Of a stretch of 64,000 bases of DNA, positions 1 to 12,777 are shown one piece after another (position 1 is the first letter of the stretch; the number at the start of each line of letters is the position of its first letter). A program made the position numbers and the translations under genes. Origin of the DNA: Vicugna vicugna (Eukaryota); contig MU058387.1 of the NCBI GenBank assembly GCA_013265495.1, positions 1,116,001 through 1,180,000 of the forward strand, written 5' to 3'. The notes below the pieces were generated by a model that was not told the DNA's origin, made no database searches, and was given only the letters and a program-made list of their open reading frames with translations.

Positions 1-148
1 CGCCTAAATTTATCACCAAATTTTTACATAATGTCAAGCTGAGGACATTTTATTTAGAGGCTATTTCTGGGTGTACCTCTGTGGTTTTAAAGAGATTAAT
101 GCACTTTATTAGAATGTGAATTTTTAAGACAAATAACTCTTTGGATCT

Positions 149-615
149 TGTATTCGCTTTCCAGGACCGCCATAACAGAATGCTGCAAACTGGGTGTCTT
201 AAACAATAGAACTTTTTGTCTTCTAGTTCTGTAAGCTAGAAGTCCAAGGTTAAAGAGTTGGCAGGGTTGCTTCCTTCTGAGAGCTGTGATGGAGAATCTG
301 TTCCAAGTCTCTGTCCTAGCTTCTGGTGGTGCGCTGGCATCTTTGGTGTTCTTTGCCTTGTAGATGAGTCAGCAGTATCTCTGTTTCCATGTTCACATAG
401 TGTTTTCCCTGTGTGTGTATCTCTGTCCGAACGTCTGCTTTTTGTAAGTTTACCAGTCATATTGGGTTAAGAGCTCACCTTACTCCAGCATGACCTCAAC
501 TTAACTAATTACCTCTGCATCAACGGTATCTCTAAATAAGGTTATATTTTGAGGTGCTGAAGAGGTTAGGGCTTCAACATATGAATTTTTGAAGGACACA
601 GTTCAACCTATAATA
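149..615 (-). mobile_element. MaLR solo LTR, MLT1B/C-like
   Basis: Reverse complement begins tattataggttgaactgtgtcc...ttcatatgttgaagccctaacc, matching the MLT1C 5' end. The other end, tgtattcgctttccaggaccgccataaca, matches the MLT1 3' end. Confidence 0.8.
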
Positions 616-2692
616 GGAATGCAAGTTACATGTCCAGTGCTTTGGGAAAAAACCCAATCCATGTGCCATGGGTATCTTTGAAAACTCAAATAGATGGTAA
701 AGAATTCCAAATATAGTAACAATTATAAGCAAAATTCCAAAGAAATATAGCTGCATACCATACAATTAATTGGATGAGTGTGAGGATTAAGCATTCCTAT
801 GTATGATTTTTGAATTCTTAGATGTAAGAGAATACCCACCTTGTGGCTTTAATCTGTGCAGGATTCCATGCAAAGGAAATAAGTTTTTTTGTTTGTTTGC
901 TTTAAAGATTAGAGTTAGGTTTCAATTACGTAAATGAAGGGAAAAGTGGTACAGATAATTTAAAACAATGAATAAAATGTCAGCTTTAATAGAATTGCAA
1001 CAGATTTATCTTCTAATGTGTAGTTTGCTGAGCTTGTTTATGTGTTACGGGAATTGTCGATGGCCATCAGAGAACAATGGAAAATGCGCCCTCATCTTAT
1101 TTACTTACTATGGAAGTTGGGGCTTGCAGCTTTTCCTTTGAATCTATAAACTGTAGAAGGAGCATTCCCACATATACAGTGGGCAAATAAGTTCACTCAT
1201 AATGATGATGTGGTAAGACAGATTTGGCTCCCAAAATATTAGTACTGTTCTTTAGTTTTCTCTGGTTCAAATTTTACTCCCACTCTCCTCACCGGGAATG
1301 TGATTGGCCATGACCCCAACACACATTCCTTTTGAGGAAGGGGTGGAGATTATTTATAAAGGTCTATTAGCTGTAATAAATAGGCAAATACGCACATGCA
1401 AGTATTCTCCATATGCAATATACAAGATTCAGTAAATAAGATTTTTAATTTCTCAGATTGATTTTCTAATAACACCCAGTATATACATTTGTTTTAAAAC
1501 TATTTGCCAAGAAGACAAATCTTGAAAATCAAATCTGGAAAATTTGCAACACACTTATTTACTTAATATCTGCTTTTGTTGACCAGATCTCACAGCTTCA
1601 TAAAGCTTTAAAACTCCTAACATTTAAATTTCTTTTTTGGCTTTATGTAATTATTCTAGTAAAATAATTTTTAAAAATATCTGTTAATCAAACTTGGTGG
1701 GAGTGCAAAATACAAATATCCCTACTCCTTAGTGACGGTAAAAGTAGCAAGAGTGTCTTTAATGCTTTCCAAAAATTTAAAACAAATAAAACTTGTGAAA
1801 CTCTTAATCAATAAGAAGTAGTGCAAAAAGTTAGTTGCGCATCTGGTCACTAAACCCTGTTGAGATTATTCAGCTTTGGGCCCTAAGATGCTAATGATTA
1901 CATCTTAGCTCAAATCTATAACATGGGGGAGAATGAGGAACCAACAGACTTTTCTAGAAAAAAATAAATTTAAAAGTATTTCCTTTGTAAATAAGGGAAT
2001 GTGTATCTTTTGTTTAAAATAAGGTTTTCTTTTATTTTGTATTTTAAATGTGTTATGTGAATTGTAATGCATTCATTTCCTTAATGGGTTGGTGAATGTC
2101 TTTGCATAATAAAAGTAGACATCGTCCCTTTAAATAGTGCTGTCTGGAGTTTTGTTGTTATGATTAGGTCCTGGGAAAAGGCGATTAGTAAATATTTTTT
2201 AATGCAACCACAATATTTGCTTCAAATTACTTTTGTGAACAAGTTGTTACCTTAACCTCTAGCTCATTTCTGAATATCCTGAAAAGTCAGACAGCCATCT
2301 CTAGATCTTTAAAAAATAAAATAAAATAAATCTTATTTGGTGATTACGTATAATTAGGAAAACAAAAGTAGTTGAGAACGTCGAAAATTAAACATCAACT
2401 TTTGAAATAAGATACATGACCTACTTACTGGACTTTAACTTAAAAAAACCAATTTTACTGTTTATTGGGCACATTGAAATATTATAAGAGTCTTCATCAT
2501 GGCGATTTATCCACTTGTTCATCATTTGTTTCTCTTTGTTAACGTATGATTATTTTTGGCCCAAGTGCAGAACGGAAGATATTTTATTCAGTCGTGTATA
2601 CAGATGCAATTACAAGCACTGCATCCAGAGGTATCTGAACATTTATTTTCACTTTGTATTCAGATTTGTTTAAATACCAGACACAGCAGGTG

Positions 2693-2984
2693 TGGGTTCA
2701 CAACCTCGTATCTGCAGTTCTCAAATTCCCAAACCAGGAAAACCAGAATTTTTTCCACAACTCCTTGATGGCAAAACCTGACCTCATGCGAATCAGTCTG
2801 GTTTTAACACCTGAGGTCACTGCCACTTAGTGTGAACACGCAGATATTTCACTGCAGAAATGTTAATATTTTGACTACCAGCCTGTTGGAAAAGTTTAAG
2901 GTGCTGCACCATATTGCCTTTCCAAATCCTCCAAAGTTCTGAATTCCTAAACAAACCTGGCCCCACGGAGAAATTGTGGACCTG
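2693..2984. mobile_element. Non-autonomous TcMar-Tigger relic (Tigger12-like)
   Basis: Degenerate TIRs gggttcacaacc...attgtggacctg (CAGGTCCACAAT type). Internal ggcaaaacctgacct and tttcactgcagaaatgttaat motifs. Confidence 0.55.
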
Positions 2985-3074
2985 TGTCCACTCTTCTTTC
3001 TTAGAGACACTCAAATAGCTTTGTAAATGTCACAAAAGTACTCAGTGTGACTTTGTTTGTATGTTTTTCTCTAG

Positions 3075-3206
3075 GTATGAAGCAGACATCTTCATGACCC
3101 ATTTTGCAGACAGAGTCAGATACATTTTGAAAAACAAGTCATATTTCCTTCGAGAGAATTTACAGCATTGTGATGAAGTCAGAAGAGATTTCCTAATGAT
3201 CACATG
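3075..3206 (+). CDS. Penultimate coding exon (132 nt, phase 2/2) of an unidentified spliced gene; (x)YEADIFMTHFADRVRYILKNKSYFLRENLQHCDEVRRDFLMITW
   Basis: Polypyrimidine acceptor ttgtttgtatgtttttctctAG ends at 3074 and donor ATG|GTATGT starts at 3207. Length is divisible by 3. Only one frame is open (the other two hit TGA within 8 codons). No repeat character. Confidence 0.8.
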
Positions 3207-4556
3207 GTATGTAAGGTGGTCTTCCAACAGCAATGGTGATGATTTTGGCAGGATTGGTCTTTATTGTTGCTGTTAATGGCTATGCGTATTGTTATGAAGT
3301 GCATTATTGGAATGATTAATTCATGACAAGCAAAATAACTCATTGAACTTAACTGTCTTTGTGGCTTGAAAACGTAATTCATTCTGCCATCGTGATGCAT
3401 GGGTCAGGGAGGCTGGGATGCTACAGGGTCAGATGAGATTTTGGCTTTTGAGATTGAAAAGTTCTGTGTTAGATGAAGACGGTCTCCTGGGAGACAGTTT
3501 CATTATATCCTCAATGTTAGCAGCATTTCTCAATTTTCATTTTCCTGGTTTCATTCCATTGGTCCTAGCCGTCTGTATTCTTTTGCACTACTCTAAATAA
3601 TTCAATATTTTAGCTCCTAGTAAAGGCTCCTTTCACTTCCATTTTCTGCTCCCACACTATCCAATAAACCCTTTGGTTTAAATTTGTTCTTTTTAAAATA
3701 TCTTTTAATTTTATCCTCTGAACCTTAGCTTCTGATTCATCTGCCTTTACTACTTGGAGTTTCCCCTCATAGTAGTTATGCTCAGAGTTCCTTAAGAGAA
3801 TAATAATATATCTTCACACACAAAACTAGAATCAAAGGTAGCAATCCATATCTTTACATTGCTTTCTCTAATAGTTCTAGGATATTACAGGTTTTTTTTT
3901 CTTTCCTGCCAAAAAATCAGCTGCTTTCCAGTTGCCACTAAGACAAGTAAAACCTAATAAAAATGATGACTTTATAATAATTAAAAGCCAACAAAAAAAT
4001 AGCTGGACTTTTCCCCATGGAACAGTTGTAAACACCACACTTTCTCTTCTATAATTAGCTAACATTTGACAATTTTTTTGTGTTTTCTCTGCCTGATTTT
4101 TAAATTGCTGTTTTCTTCACTTATATAACCTGAAGTATTTTATTTAGAAAGTTTCAAACTCAAGTTACTTATATTGTTGCTTGTTTTTCTCTTACTCTAT
4201 TTTCATTTATTTTAATGATGTTAGGGGAAATTCACTGAAAATTCCCACCTCCGCCCTCACTTTGTTTTTAATATCTGGTGCTTAGTAAAATGACTTGCAG
4301 GATAAAAGAGTGAATGTCACATGAGTTATAGTCTTAACAAAACTTGCAATAGTGTGCAGAAAATAGATATATAAAACATTAGAAAGGATACAACGCCCTA
4401 AGGTAGGGGTGAATATATGTGGATGGAGGGAAGGACAAGAGATATGAAGAGATGAGTGTGAACTAGTGTCAGATTTTACATACAAATTATAATGATGATG
4501 TTGCTTTACTTTCATTTACTTGCGAACTGGTTAAGATTAGAGCCAATGCTGGGACA

Positions 4557-5685
4557 TATCATGGATTAAAGAGGACCACACAATGTTTTCAACTTCTCAC
4601 CCTCAAGAGATGGAGATCCTTTTTTTTTTTTTTTTTTGTACTTGAATCTGGGGTGGCCTTGCACCTTCCTTTAAAAAACAGAATGTGTTGCAAGTAATGT
4701 TGTAGTTCTGAGTGTAAATCTCAAAAAACCTTGAGACTTCAGTTCTAATCCTCTGGAAACACTAAAGCTACCACTTGAAGAATCCCAAACTAGCCATCTT
4801 GAGGATAAGAAACCATACTGCGAAGAGGGCTCAGGAGATATCCAGTGACACCCATCAGGACTGTGATGGCCAACCTGGCCCATGCAACCCCAGATCAGAG
4901 GCCAGATGACTGACCCCCGGAGAGACCAGCAGAAGAATAGCTTAGCTGAGCTCAGGCTGAATTGCTGACTGCCACATCTTGGGCAAATAAACTTATTACT
5001 ATTTTAAGCCACTAAGTTTTGGGGTTGGTGTCGGAGCCAGCCGACAATCGATCAGGTCCAGAAACCTGTGCTGCAGGACTGAGAAAAGAAAGACAAGACT
5101 AAAAGGTGGGGTTGAGAGGGTCTCACTCTAGCCCGCAAGACGCTAGGTCAAGAGTGGACATCGAGTTTATTTCAGGCAGTTAATTTATACAAATTCAAGT
5201 GACTACCTTGTGCATTCTTGCACGTAGGCACAGGTATTGTTTTTCAGGGTACATTAATGGTGTGCACTAAAATCATTATCATTGTTTACTGTTCCATACA
5301 CCAAGATTGACTGATCACCAAAAGCTAAGATCATAGACTAAGATTATTGTTCCTTTAGGCTAACATCATGACTCGTGTATCATTAGCTCAAGTGATTGTT
5401 CTTTCAGGCAAAGATCACTAACTTGTGGCCGATTGTATCTCTCTTTCCAGAAGCCCTAGTTCTTAATAACTCAATGGCATTAAGATGTTTTTCCGACTCC
5501 AAATGCACCTGCTGTTTTTCTAACAAAGGGGTGGCGGGACAGAGATTGTCTTAGCTCAATCAGCCTTAGAGCCTGACGCCCCGCACTCTGGGAGTTTAGG
5601 CCCAGTTTCTGTGCTCGGCAGCCCTCAGGTCATGAGTGGCCCCCCGCAGGTTGGTTTGTTAATGAAATAAAAGTTAACTGAGACA
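4557..5685 (+). mobile_element. Old MaLR LTR (MLT1G/H-like), split by a younger ERV LTR
   Basis: 5' ggattaaaga...ttgaatctggg. The 3' part ttttaagccactaagttttggggttgg resumes after the insertion as tttgtta...taactgagaca. Confidence 0.7.
5029..5648 (-). mobile_element. Young ERV2 (betaretrovirus-like) solo LTR, 620 bp
   Basis: TG...CA termini and a perfect 6-bp TSD GGTTGG (5023-5028, 5649-5654). The minus strand starts TGCGGGGG and ends CCGACA. TATAAA (5184-5189) lies immediately before AATAAA (5166-5171). CpGs are retained. Confidence 0.85.
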
Positions 5686-5999
5686 GAGAGCAAAGAATAT
5701 GCAAATAAGGCAAGGGACATTTTGTTTAATAGAGAAAATTCTTTTGAAGTGGTTTTTTTTTATGATAATATAGTGTTAGCACTTTCTCTGGAGGAACACA
5801 CTAACTTCAATTGTACCACAATCAAAACCAAACAATCCTGCCATAATCAAGCTCTTGTTTGCAAGTGGTAGCCAAGTGTTTAAAACATGTGACCTTTTCA
5901 TTAAAAAGACTGTTAAAACTTTTGCAAACAGTTGAGAAAAATTATAGCAACAAAATGATTGCGCTTCCTACTTGAAAACAATCAGCAACTGATAACACA

Positions 6000-8900
6000 T
6001 CTAGCAATTTTTTTAAAATTTATTTTATGTGCATCAGAGTAATGTATATACAAACACATTTTTCACTCTTCCCCATTACTGATTTTCACTTTTCGAAGCC
6101 AATCACACTCTAACCCTTTCAGATATTTAAAGAAAACAAAACAAAACAAAATGCTGTTATCCTTTCAGATATTAATTTTTTTTCTTTTCAATTTTTCAGA
6201 TTCTCTTTTACTAGTACTTCTATTAATCACATTCTAGGTTTATTCTCTAATTTACATGTTCTTTTCACCAAATTCATCTCTCTTTATTTTTTTGTTTTAC
6301 AGGATTTTTAAACTCCCCCCATGTTATTGTATTTTAAAAAATCTGCTGCCATATTTTTACTTTCTAAGAGGTTATTTTTATTATATTAATGCTCTTTTCT
6401 AGAACATTCTCCTATTATTCAATTGATGCAATATTTTTCTTATTTCTTTCAGAATATTAATTATAGTATTTTTATATATTTTTTCCTGCATCAGGCATTG
6501 TCCCTGTTTCCTTGAAGTTTCTTTATTTTGTAGGCTTGGCTTGTTTTCTTTCATTCAAGAAGCTTTTCATAAACACCTTATAATCCTTGGCCAGTTTTCA
6601 TTTCTAAATTTATGTGACTCTACACACATTAGTGGGCATTTAAGACATTTCCAATTTTTTTTTTTGTTATAACAAATGATCCTTCAATTAGTATTGCTTT
6701 AGAAAGAGCATTTTATTCAGGAACTTACATACCTGTAGGGCAATACATTAAAATTAGTGCAATATTCCAAAGGTGTAAATTTTCATGGATGTCATTCAAA
6801 TTCAGATTCCACAGGCATTAAGTGAGAGCAGTGTTTTTTAAAGCCATCATCAACACTGGGTTTATAATTTTTTCAACTTTGTTGATTTGATAGATGGAAA
6901 ATTATGTTTTATAATAGCTTATATTTGCATTTTTTTAATAGGAGGTTGAATAGATTTTCATATTTTTAAAAGCCATTTTTTTCCTTTTCTACCAACTATC
7001 AGTTCATATTTTTTTGTCCATTTTTAGGCCATTTTCTTCTTGATATCTGGGGATTTTTCATACATGATATAATTTTAATATGAGCTACAAATTATTCACC
7101 AAATTCATTGTCTTTCAACATTGTCTATGTAGTGTTTTTATTACACAGAACTTTTCTTTTGAACTTTTGATGCAATTGTATTTATCCATCTTTCCTTTTT
7201 GGATTCTGGATTATTTTCTAATAGATACATCAAAGGCTTCCTCACTCAAAAGTATTAAAATTCTCTATATATTATTCTAATTCATTATTTTGGCTTTTTT
7301 TCTTTCTGGAAATAATTTTGGTGTAAATTATGAAGTAGCATTTCAATTTTTATTACTATGGTTACCATTTTTCCCCAAACCATTTTGAATACTAAGTCTT
7401 TTCTGAAACCGACTTGGAATTCCATCCCTATCACATATTAAATTCCCTTATTTTTTTTTTAATTGAAGTATAGTCAGTTATACTATGTCAATTTCTGGTA
7501 TACAGCATAATATCCCAGTCATGCAAATATATACATATATTCATTTTCATTAAAGGTTATTACAAGATATTGAATATAGTTCCCTGTGCTGTACAGAAGA
7601 AATCTGTTTTTTATCTATTTTTATATATACTGGTTAACATTTGTAAATCTCAGACTTCCAAATTTATCCCTTCCCAGTCCCTTTCCCCTGATAGATGTAA
7701 GATTGTTTACTGTCTGCAAGTCTGTTCCTGTTTCGTAGATGAGTTCATTAGTGTCCTCTTTTTTCTTTTTTCTTTTTCTTTTTAGATTCCAAATATGAGT
7801 GATATCATATGGTATTTTTCTTTTTCTTTCTGGCTTACTTCACTTGGAATGATGATCTCCAGGTCGATCCATGTTACTGCAAATGGCATTATTTTATTCT
7901 TTTTTACGGCTGAGTAGCATTCCATCATATAAATATACTACAATTTTTTATCCAGTCATCTGTTGATGGACATTTAGGTTGCTTCCATGTCTTGGCTATT
8001 GTACATAGTGCTGCTATGCTGTGTTTTGATATTTCTTGAACATCTGGTTTGATTCCATTATTCTTTTTGTTTATTTTTTCATTGATGCCATTTTGTTTTA
8101 ATTATTTCAACTTTCAAATAAGTTTTAATAAATGTAAGAGCTAGTTCTCCTCTCAATATTCTTCAAGTTCAGATTTTCCCATCTCTTCTTTCTTATTTAC
8201 TCATATATTTATATGGAAGTTAGAATAAGCTTGTCATTTTTCAAAAACAAATGTTGAATTTGTTTATACAAAATTTAATGGAGAAATTGTATTGTGTAAA
8301 CCATCCTATACACATTATAGTTTATCTTAGTATTTATTTAAGTTTTTCTTTTCTTTGTGTCTTCTAATACTATTGTACATTTATTTGGTATATACTGTAT
8401 ATTCCTTCTGAAGATTATTACTGGATATTTTATTATTTCTGACTCTACCATAGAAGTATTTCAGTTTTTCTCAATGATTATTGCTTATATATCATGTTTA
8501 ATTTTTGTACATATTAACTCTGTGTCAGTCCATGAACTAAATTATATGTATTCTATTGTCAAAGGATGCTTCGTTGTTTTCCATTTTTGGCTTTGATTAA
8601 AAAAGTTAACTTGCATGTTCTTGTACAAAGTTATTACTTGAATAGAGTAATTTTGAACATTTATTTTCTTATGGATATATGCACTCTATTTATTGGATTT
8701 TTTTTGTACTCTTTTTATTTGAATGTGGTTGATGAATCATATGGTAACATATGTTTTACTTTAACAAATAATTCCAAATAGTTCTCCATGGTGGTCATAC
8801 CAGTTCACATTTCAATCAACAATGTAAAAGAACTAATTACTTTAGTGGCTTTACATCCTTGCCAATACTTGGTATTATCAAACTTCTAATTTAGCCATTC

Positions 8901-9700
8901 TGGTGCCTGTGTAGTGACACCAGACTGAGGTTTTAATTTATACTCTCCTGATGAATAAATATGTTCCATTCACTGACCATTTGGATATCCTATTCTTTTG
9001 AAGTGCCTATTCAAGTTGTTGCCTAATTTTTAATTGGATTGTTTGACTTTTTAATATGGAAGTTTTTTTTTCAATACATTCTATATAGGAATTTTTATTG
9101 GGTATATGTACCTAAAATGCATTTTCTCAGTCTTTGAATTGTCTTTTTGCTCTCTTAATGTTTCATAAAATCCAATTTATTAACTTTAATTTTAGGGTCA
9201 GTGATTTTCCAAGCTGTTTATCCCAGTGTCATGATGAAGATATTGTGTGTTGTTTTCCTTCAGAAGTTTTGTTATTTTAATTGTCACATTTAAATCTATG
9301 ATTCATCTTGAATTTTTGTGTCTGTGTACATTGTGAGTTATGGAACGTAGACTCAGTTTTTTCTTGTAGTATTATTTAGAGAGAAGATCATCTTTTTTTC
9401 CAACAGAGTTGTAGTGATGTTTTTGTCATAAATCAGGTGACCATCTGTCTGTGGATCTATTTATAGACTCTTATTATTTTCCCTTGTCTATTTCTCTATC
9501 CTTAAGGCTATAAATAGCATACTGTCTTAATTAGAATAGTGTTTAATAGATCATTATGTAGCTTAGTGTAACTTCTCCAACTTTTCTCTTCAAAATTATT
9601 CTGGCTCTTCTAGGTCTTTTGAATTTATTTATATCACCTTGTTAGTTTACACACACAAGCAGTGTGTTTGAGTTTTACTAGGATCAAACTGATTCATGAA
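6000..9700 (-). mobile_element. Composite of old L1M/HAL1 fragments, antisense in the intron
   Basis: T-rich degenerate L1 ORF2/3' motifs, e.g. ttccaaatagttctccatggtggtcataccagttcacatttc, ccatttggatatcc, tttgaagtgcctattcaagt. Boundaries are approximate. Confidence 0.7.
7451..8018 (-). mobile_element. Young 5'-truncated L1 3' end (camelid/cetartiodactyl type)
   Basis: Poly(T) 7451-7460, then aattgaagtatagtcagtt..., then the ORF2 C-terminal region. Close similarity to the copies at 28860 and 58196. Confidence 0.85.
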
Positions 9701-10924
9701 AGTTAAAATGGAACTTTTTTGCTAAGTTCTTTTCATTCACTAATTTTCAAAACAGCTCTGTGATGTTGGCACTATGTTACTGTCATTTTACTAATGAGGA
9801 AACTAAGGCTTAGAGATCTAAAGAAAAACGAAACAAACAAACAGGAAAAACCAGGTTGAGCAAGTTTGCATCAAATAATATAGATTAGATCAAATGCTTA
9901 GTGAAAACCTGTTGAAAGCTAGTCTTTCCCAGGACATCTGTGAATCTGTAATGCAGAACATTGAAGAGACAATTGAACAATGAACAAAACAAGCAATATA
10001 AACATAATTAAAAGATATTTGACCTTGGATCTGAAGCACTACTAGAGGTTCTCAGTATCAGTTTAACACCTTTTACTGTTTTCTTATAAATATTTAACCT
10101 AATGCAATATATTGTTTTAGATTTCCCTTCAAAATGATATAACTGCAATACTTAAATTCATTTACTTCTAGAGATTCTGTGACTGAAATTTTATGCCATC
10201 ATTAATTAAAAAATGAGGATAGATGAGAAGGAAGTAGGACATATTTTATACTTCTCTTTTAAAAATCTCTCTCCTTTCCCCAATTTTCTACTTGACTGGT
10301 GATACCAGGGAAAAGTGAGAGAAACTAATTTTTTTTTTAAATTTGTCTTAATTCTGGTAACCTAATTTCAACCTTAGTATTCTAATTGAACTAAAACTTC
10401 ATCAGTGGATGATTTTTGTTGCAAAGATGCCTAACAGGTTCTCAAAAACTACAATAATTTCTCTGCTACCTTTTACTTTCCTTTCTGGATGATTTCCTTA
10501 TTTTATGCCTACTTCATCTAATCATTTTGGTGTCCACTAGTGTCACACTGCCTTCTGAATGCCCAAATTCTGTGGTGACTCAGTCCATGGCTACCGTCCC
10601 CAACAGTCTATCAACATGCCATCCTCCAAAGCCAGTATTCATTATTTTGTGTTCAATTTTAAAACCTCATTCTCTGGTTGCTACTTCTCCCAAATTTTTG
10701 ACTTAATTTTTTGATCAAACTAAAGTGATGTTAAGAAAGTTAAGATAAGTAGAGGTCCTTTCTTTAAAGATATTAAATTTTTCAATGGGGAGAAACTTAT
10801 CAAACAAGTACAGCATAAACAGACTCATACTTGACATCTACCTTCTTCCTTTTGTTATTTCAAGTAACTTCTTTATTCTTTTGAACATGTTGACTTTTTT
10901 TTTTCATCGTTGATTCAAAAACAC

Positions 10925-11010
10925 TTCTTCCAAGTTTCTTGAGACAAGGATTTATGTCTTCTGATTCTTTATCTCCACTCTTACTCTTCAGCATTTAGTC
11001 CTGTGCAAAA
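10925..11010 (+). mobile_element. L2 3'-end fragment
   Basis: aagtttcttgagacaaggatttatgtctt...tttatctcc resembles the L2 tail. Confidence 0.45.
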
Positions 11011-11889
11011 CTCAGTCATTTGCACGGTAGAAAGCACACGTTTTCAGTTAGGCCTTGAATTAGATAAAAATTGTATTGGTTATGACGTATTATTCTGTGT
11101 AGGGTTTTTTTCATTTTTTTTTCTTTTTCTTTTTCTTCCTTTACTCATTCTTACATTAATCTAAACATTCTGTTTTACCTGTTAACTTCATCCTTGGAGA
11201 AGCATGGGCACAGGTATCCTTAGAGAGGGACAGAAGGTGAATATATGTTGTACTAGAGAGGATATAATGAGAAATCAAATCTTCCTGCTCAGAGCATCCT
11301 TCATCTTAGTTGACAAAGATAAAGAAGCTCCCTATGGAAATCACAATTATTCTCCATAAGGTGCAAAAGGGAAGGAATACTTATCTCTTGTCACTGATGC
11401 AACTACACCACTTACAATGGAATCTGAGACCCAACAGGAACTCAATAAATACAACTTGGCTGATTGAATTCATTTCCCATTTATTAGATTGTGATCATGC
11501 TGCCTGGCTGAGGTTGGAGATGCTTTTTACAATTAAACGTGTATCTGGGGAAATCAGGGCCATGAGTATGGGAGGAAGAAAAATTCAGAAGAAAACTAGA
11601 TAAATTAAGTAAAGTTCACTATCAGTTTTCAGGTTTACCTGTTATTCAAGAGACAACATCTTCAGCAGGCAGCAAGGACCTCCTACTCAGGACAGAGTCA
11701 GATCTGCAGAGTGAGGTGGTAAAGAGAAGTATTTTATCAGAAACCGGAGATTGTGTAATTTATAGTTCAAATGATCTTCTAATTACTGCCTCAGGCCTCA
11801 TACTGAGCCAGTCATTTGTGCAGAACATTCCCGTATAATAGCTTAAAGTCCCTGAGAATTATCATTATTATTAATAATATTATAAAAGT

Positions 11890-12090
11890 AATTAGTGTAA
11901 TAATTACCATTGTTGTGCATTTTGTACACGACAGGGTTCTAATCACTCTATACAATATTCACAAAACCCTTTCTGAATCATTATCTCAGTTGTATAAAAA
12001 AGGAATCAGATTAGGAGTGTGTAAATTGCCTGAGGTCACACAGCTGGTAAATGACAGAGCCATCTCCCAAAGCCCATGCTTTCTGACCAT
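11890..12090 (-). mobile_element. MIR SINE
   Basis: taaattgcctgaggtcacacagctggtaaatgacagagc is the MIR core. Confidence 0.65.
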
Positions 12091-12716
12091 AACACTCAAG
12101 CTCTTCAGAACTAAGGAATTCTGTACTATAAAAATAAAATCTCTGATAATTTACACTTTTCCTCAGATTTCCTAAAGTAACCATCATTTGATTCACCTTG
12201 AACTATAACATTTTCTCATAGGTTGAAAAATTAAGCTTTCCCCATCTTTCAAGCTCTATCGTTCTTACAAAAGAACACCTTGGAGTTTTGGATCAAATCA
12301 TGCTGGGCAGATGTTTTGGGAAAGTGCAAGAAATCCTGGAACTGATCAACCATCCCTACAGGTTTTACACTCTGGAAAGCAAAGGCATCACAAATCATAT
12401 AATCTAGGTCTCTATGCATGGTTGAGTGGTGGGTGGGTGTTTTCTTAATACTTCTTTATACTTTTATAAATCATCACCCTTCTAGTCACCTTTGGATTAT
12501 TTTATCACGTGTATTTGTCTGTATTCTTAGTGCTCAAATTTCCTTCTGTTTTGTTTCAAAGAGTATTTCAGATTACTCCCTATATCCCCAAACATCTGCT
12601 TAATACTGAGAATCCTGGGTTTGCATGAAGAAAGAAGCCGGACCTGCTAAGTGCTTTTAAGTGTGCAGGTGACCACTTTGATGGGTCCTCAATTGTTATA
12701 CTGCTTTCTCTTTAAG

Positions 12717-12777
12717 GAAAAGAAAATTCCGTAGCCGTTGCAACTTCCTAATATCACTTATGCCTAAGAAGTGCTAA
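12717..12777 (+). CDS. Terminal coding exon: (W)KRKFRSRCNFLISLMPKKC-stop
   Basis: Acceptor ctgctttctctttaAG ends at 12716, with branch-like CTCAAT ~25 nt upstream. The phase completes the TG|G Trp codon from the 3075-3206 exon. TAA is at 12775-12777, followed by repeat-free UTR-like sequence. Confidence 0.7.

Noticed and set aside
3061..3276. 71-aa ORF as a complete single-exon gene
   Set aside because: Its ends lie in intronic polypyrimidine and post-donor sequence. Only 3075-3206 is exon.
11816..12175. 119-aa ORF with an Ile-rich TM-like segment
   Set aside because: Made of low-complexity (ATT)n sequence and a MIR.
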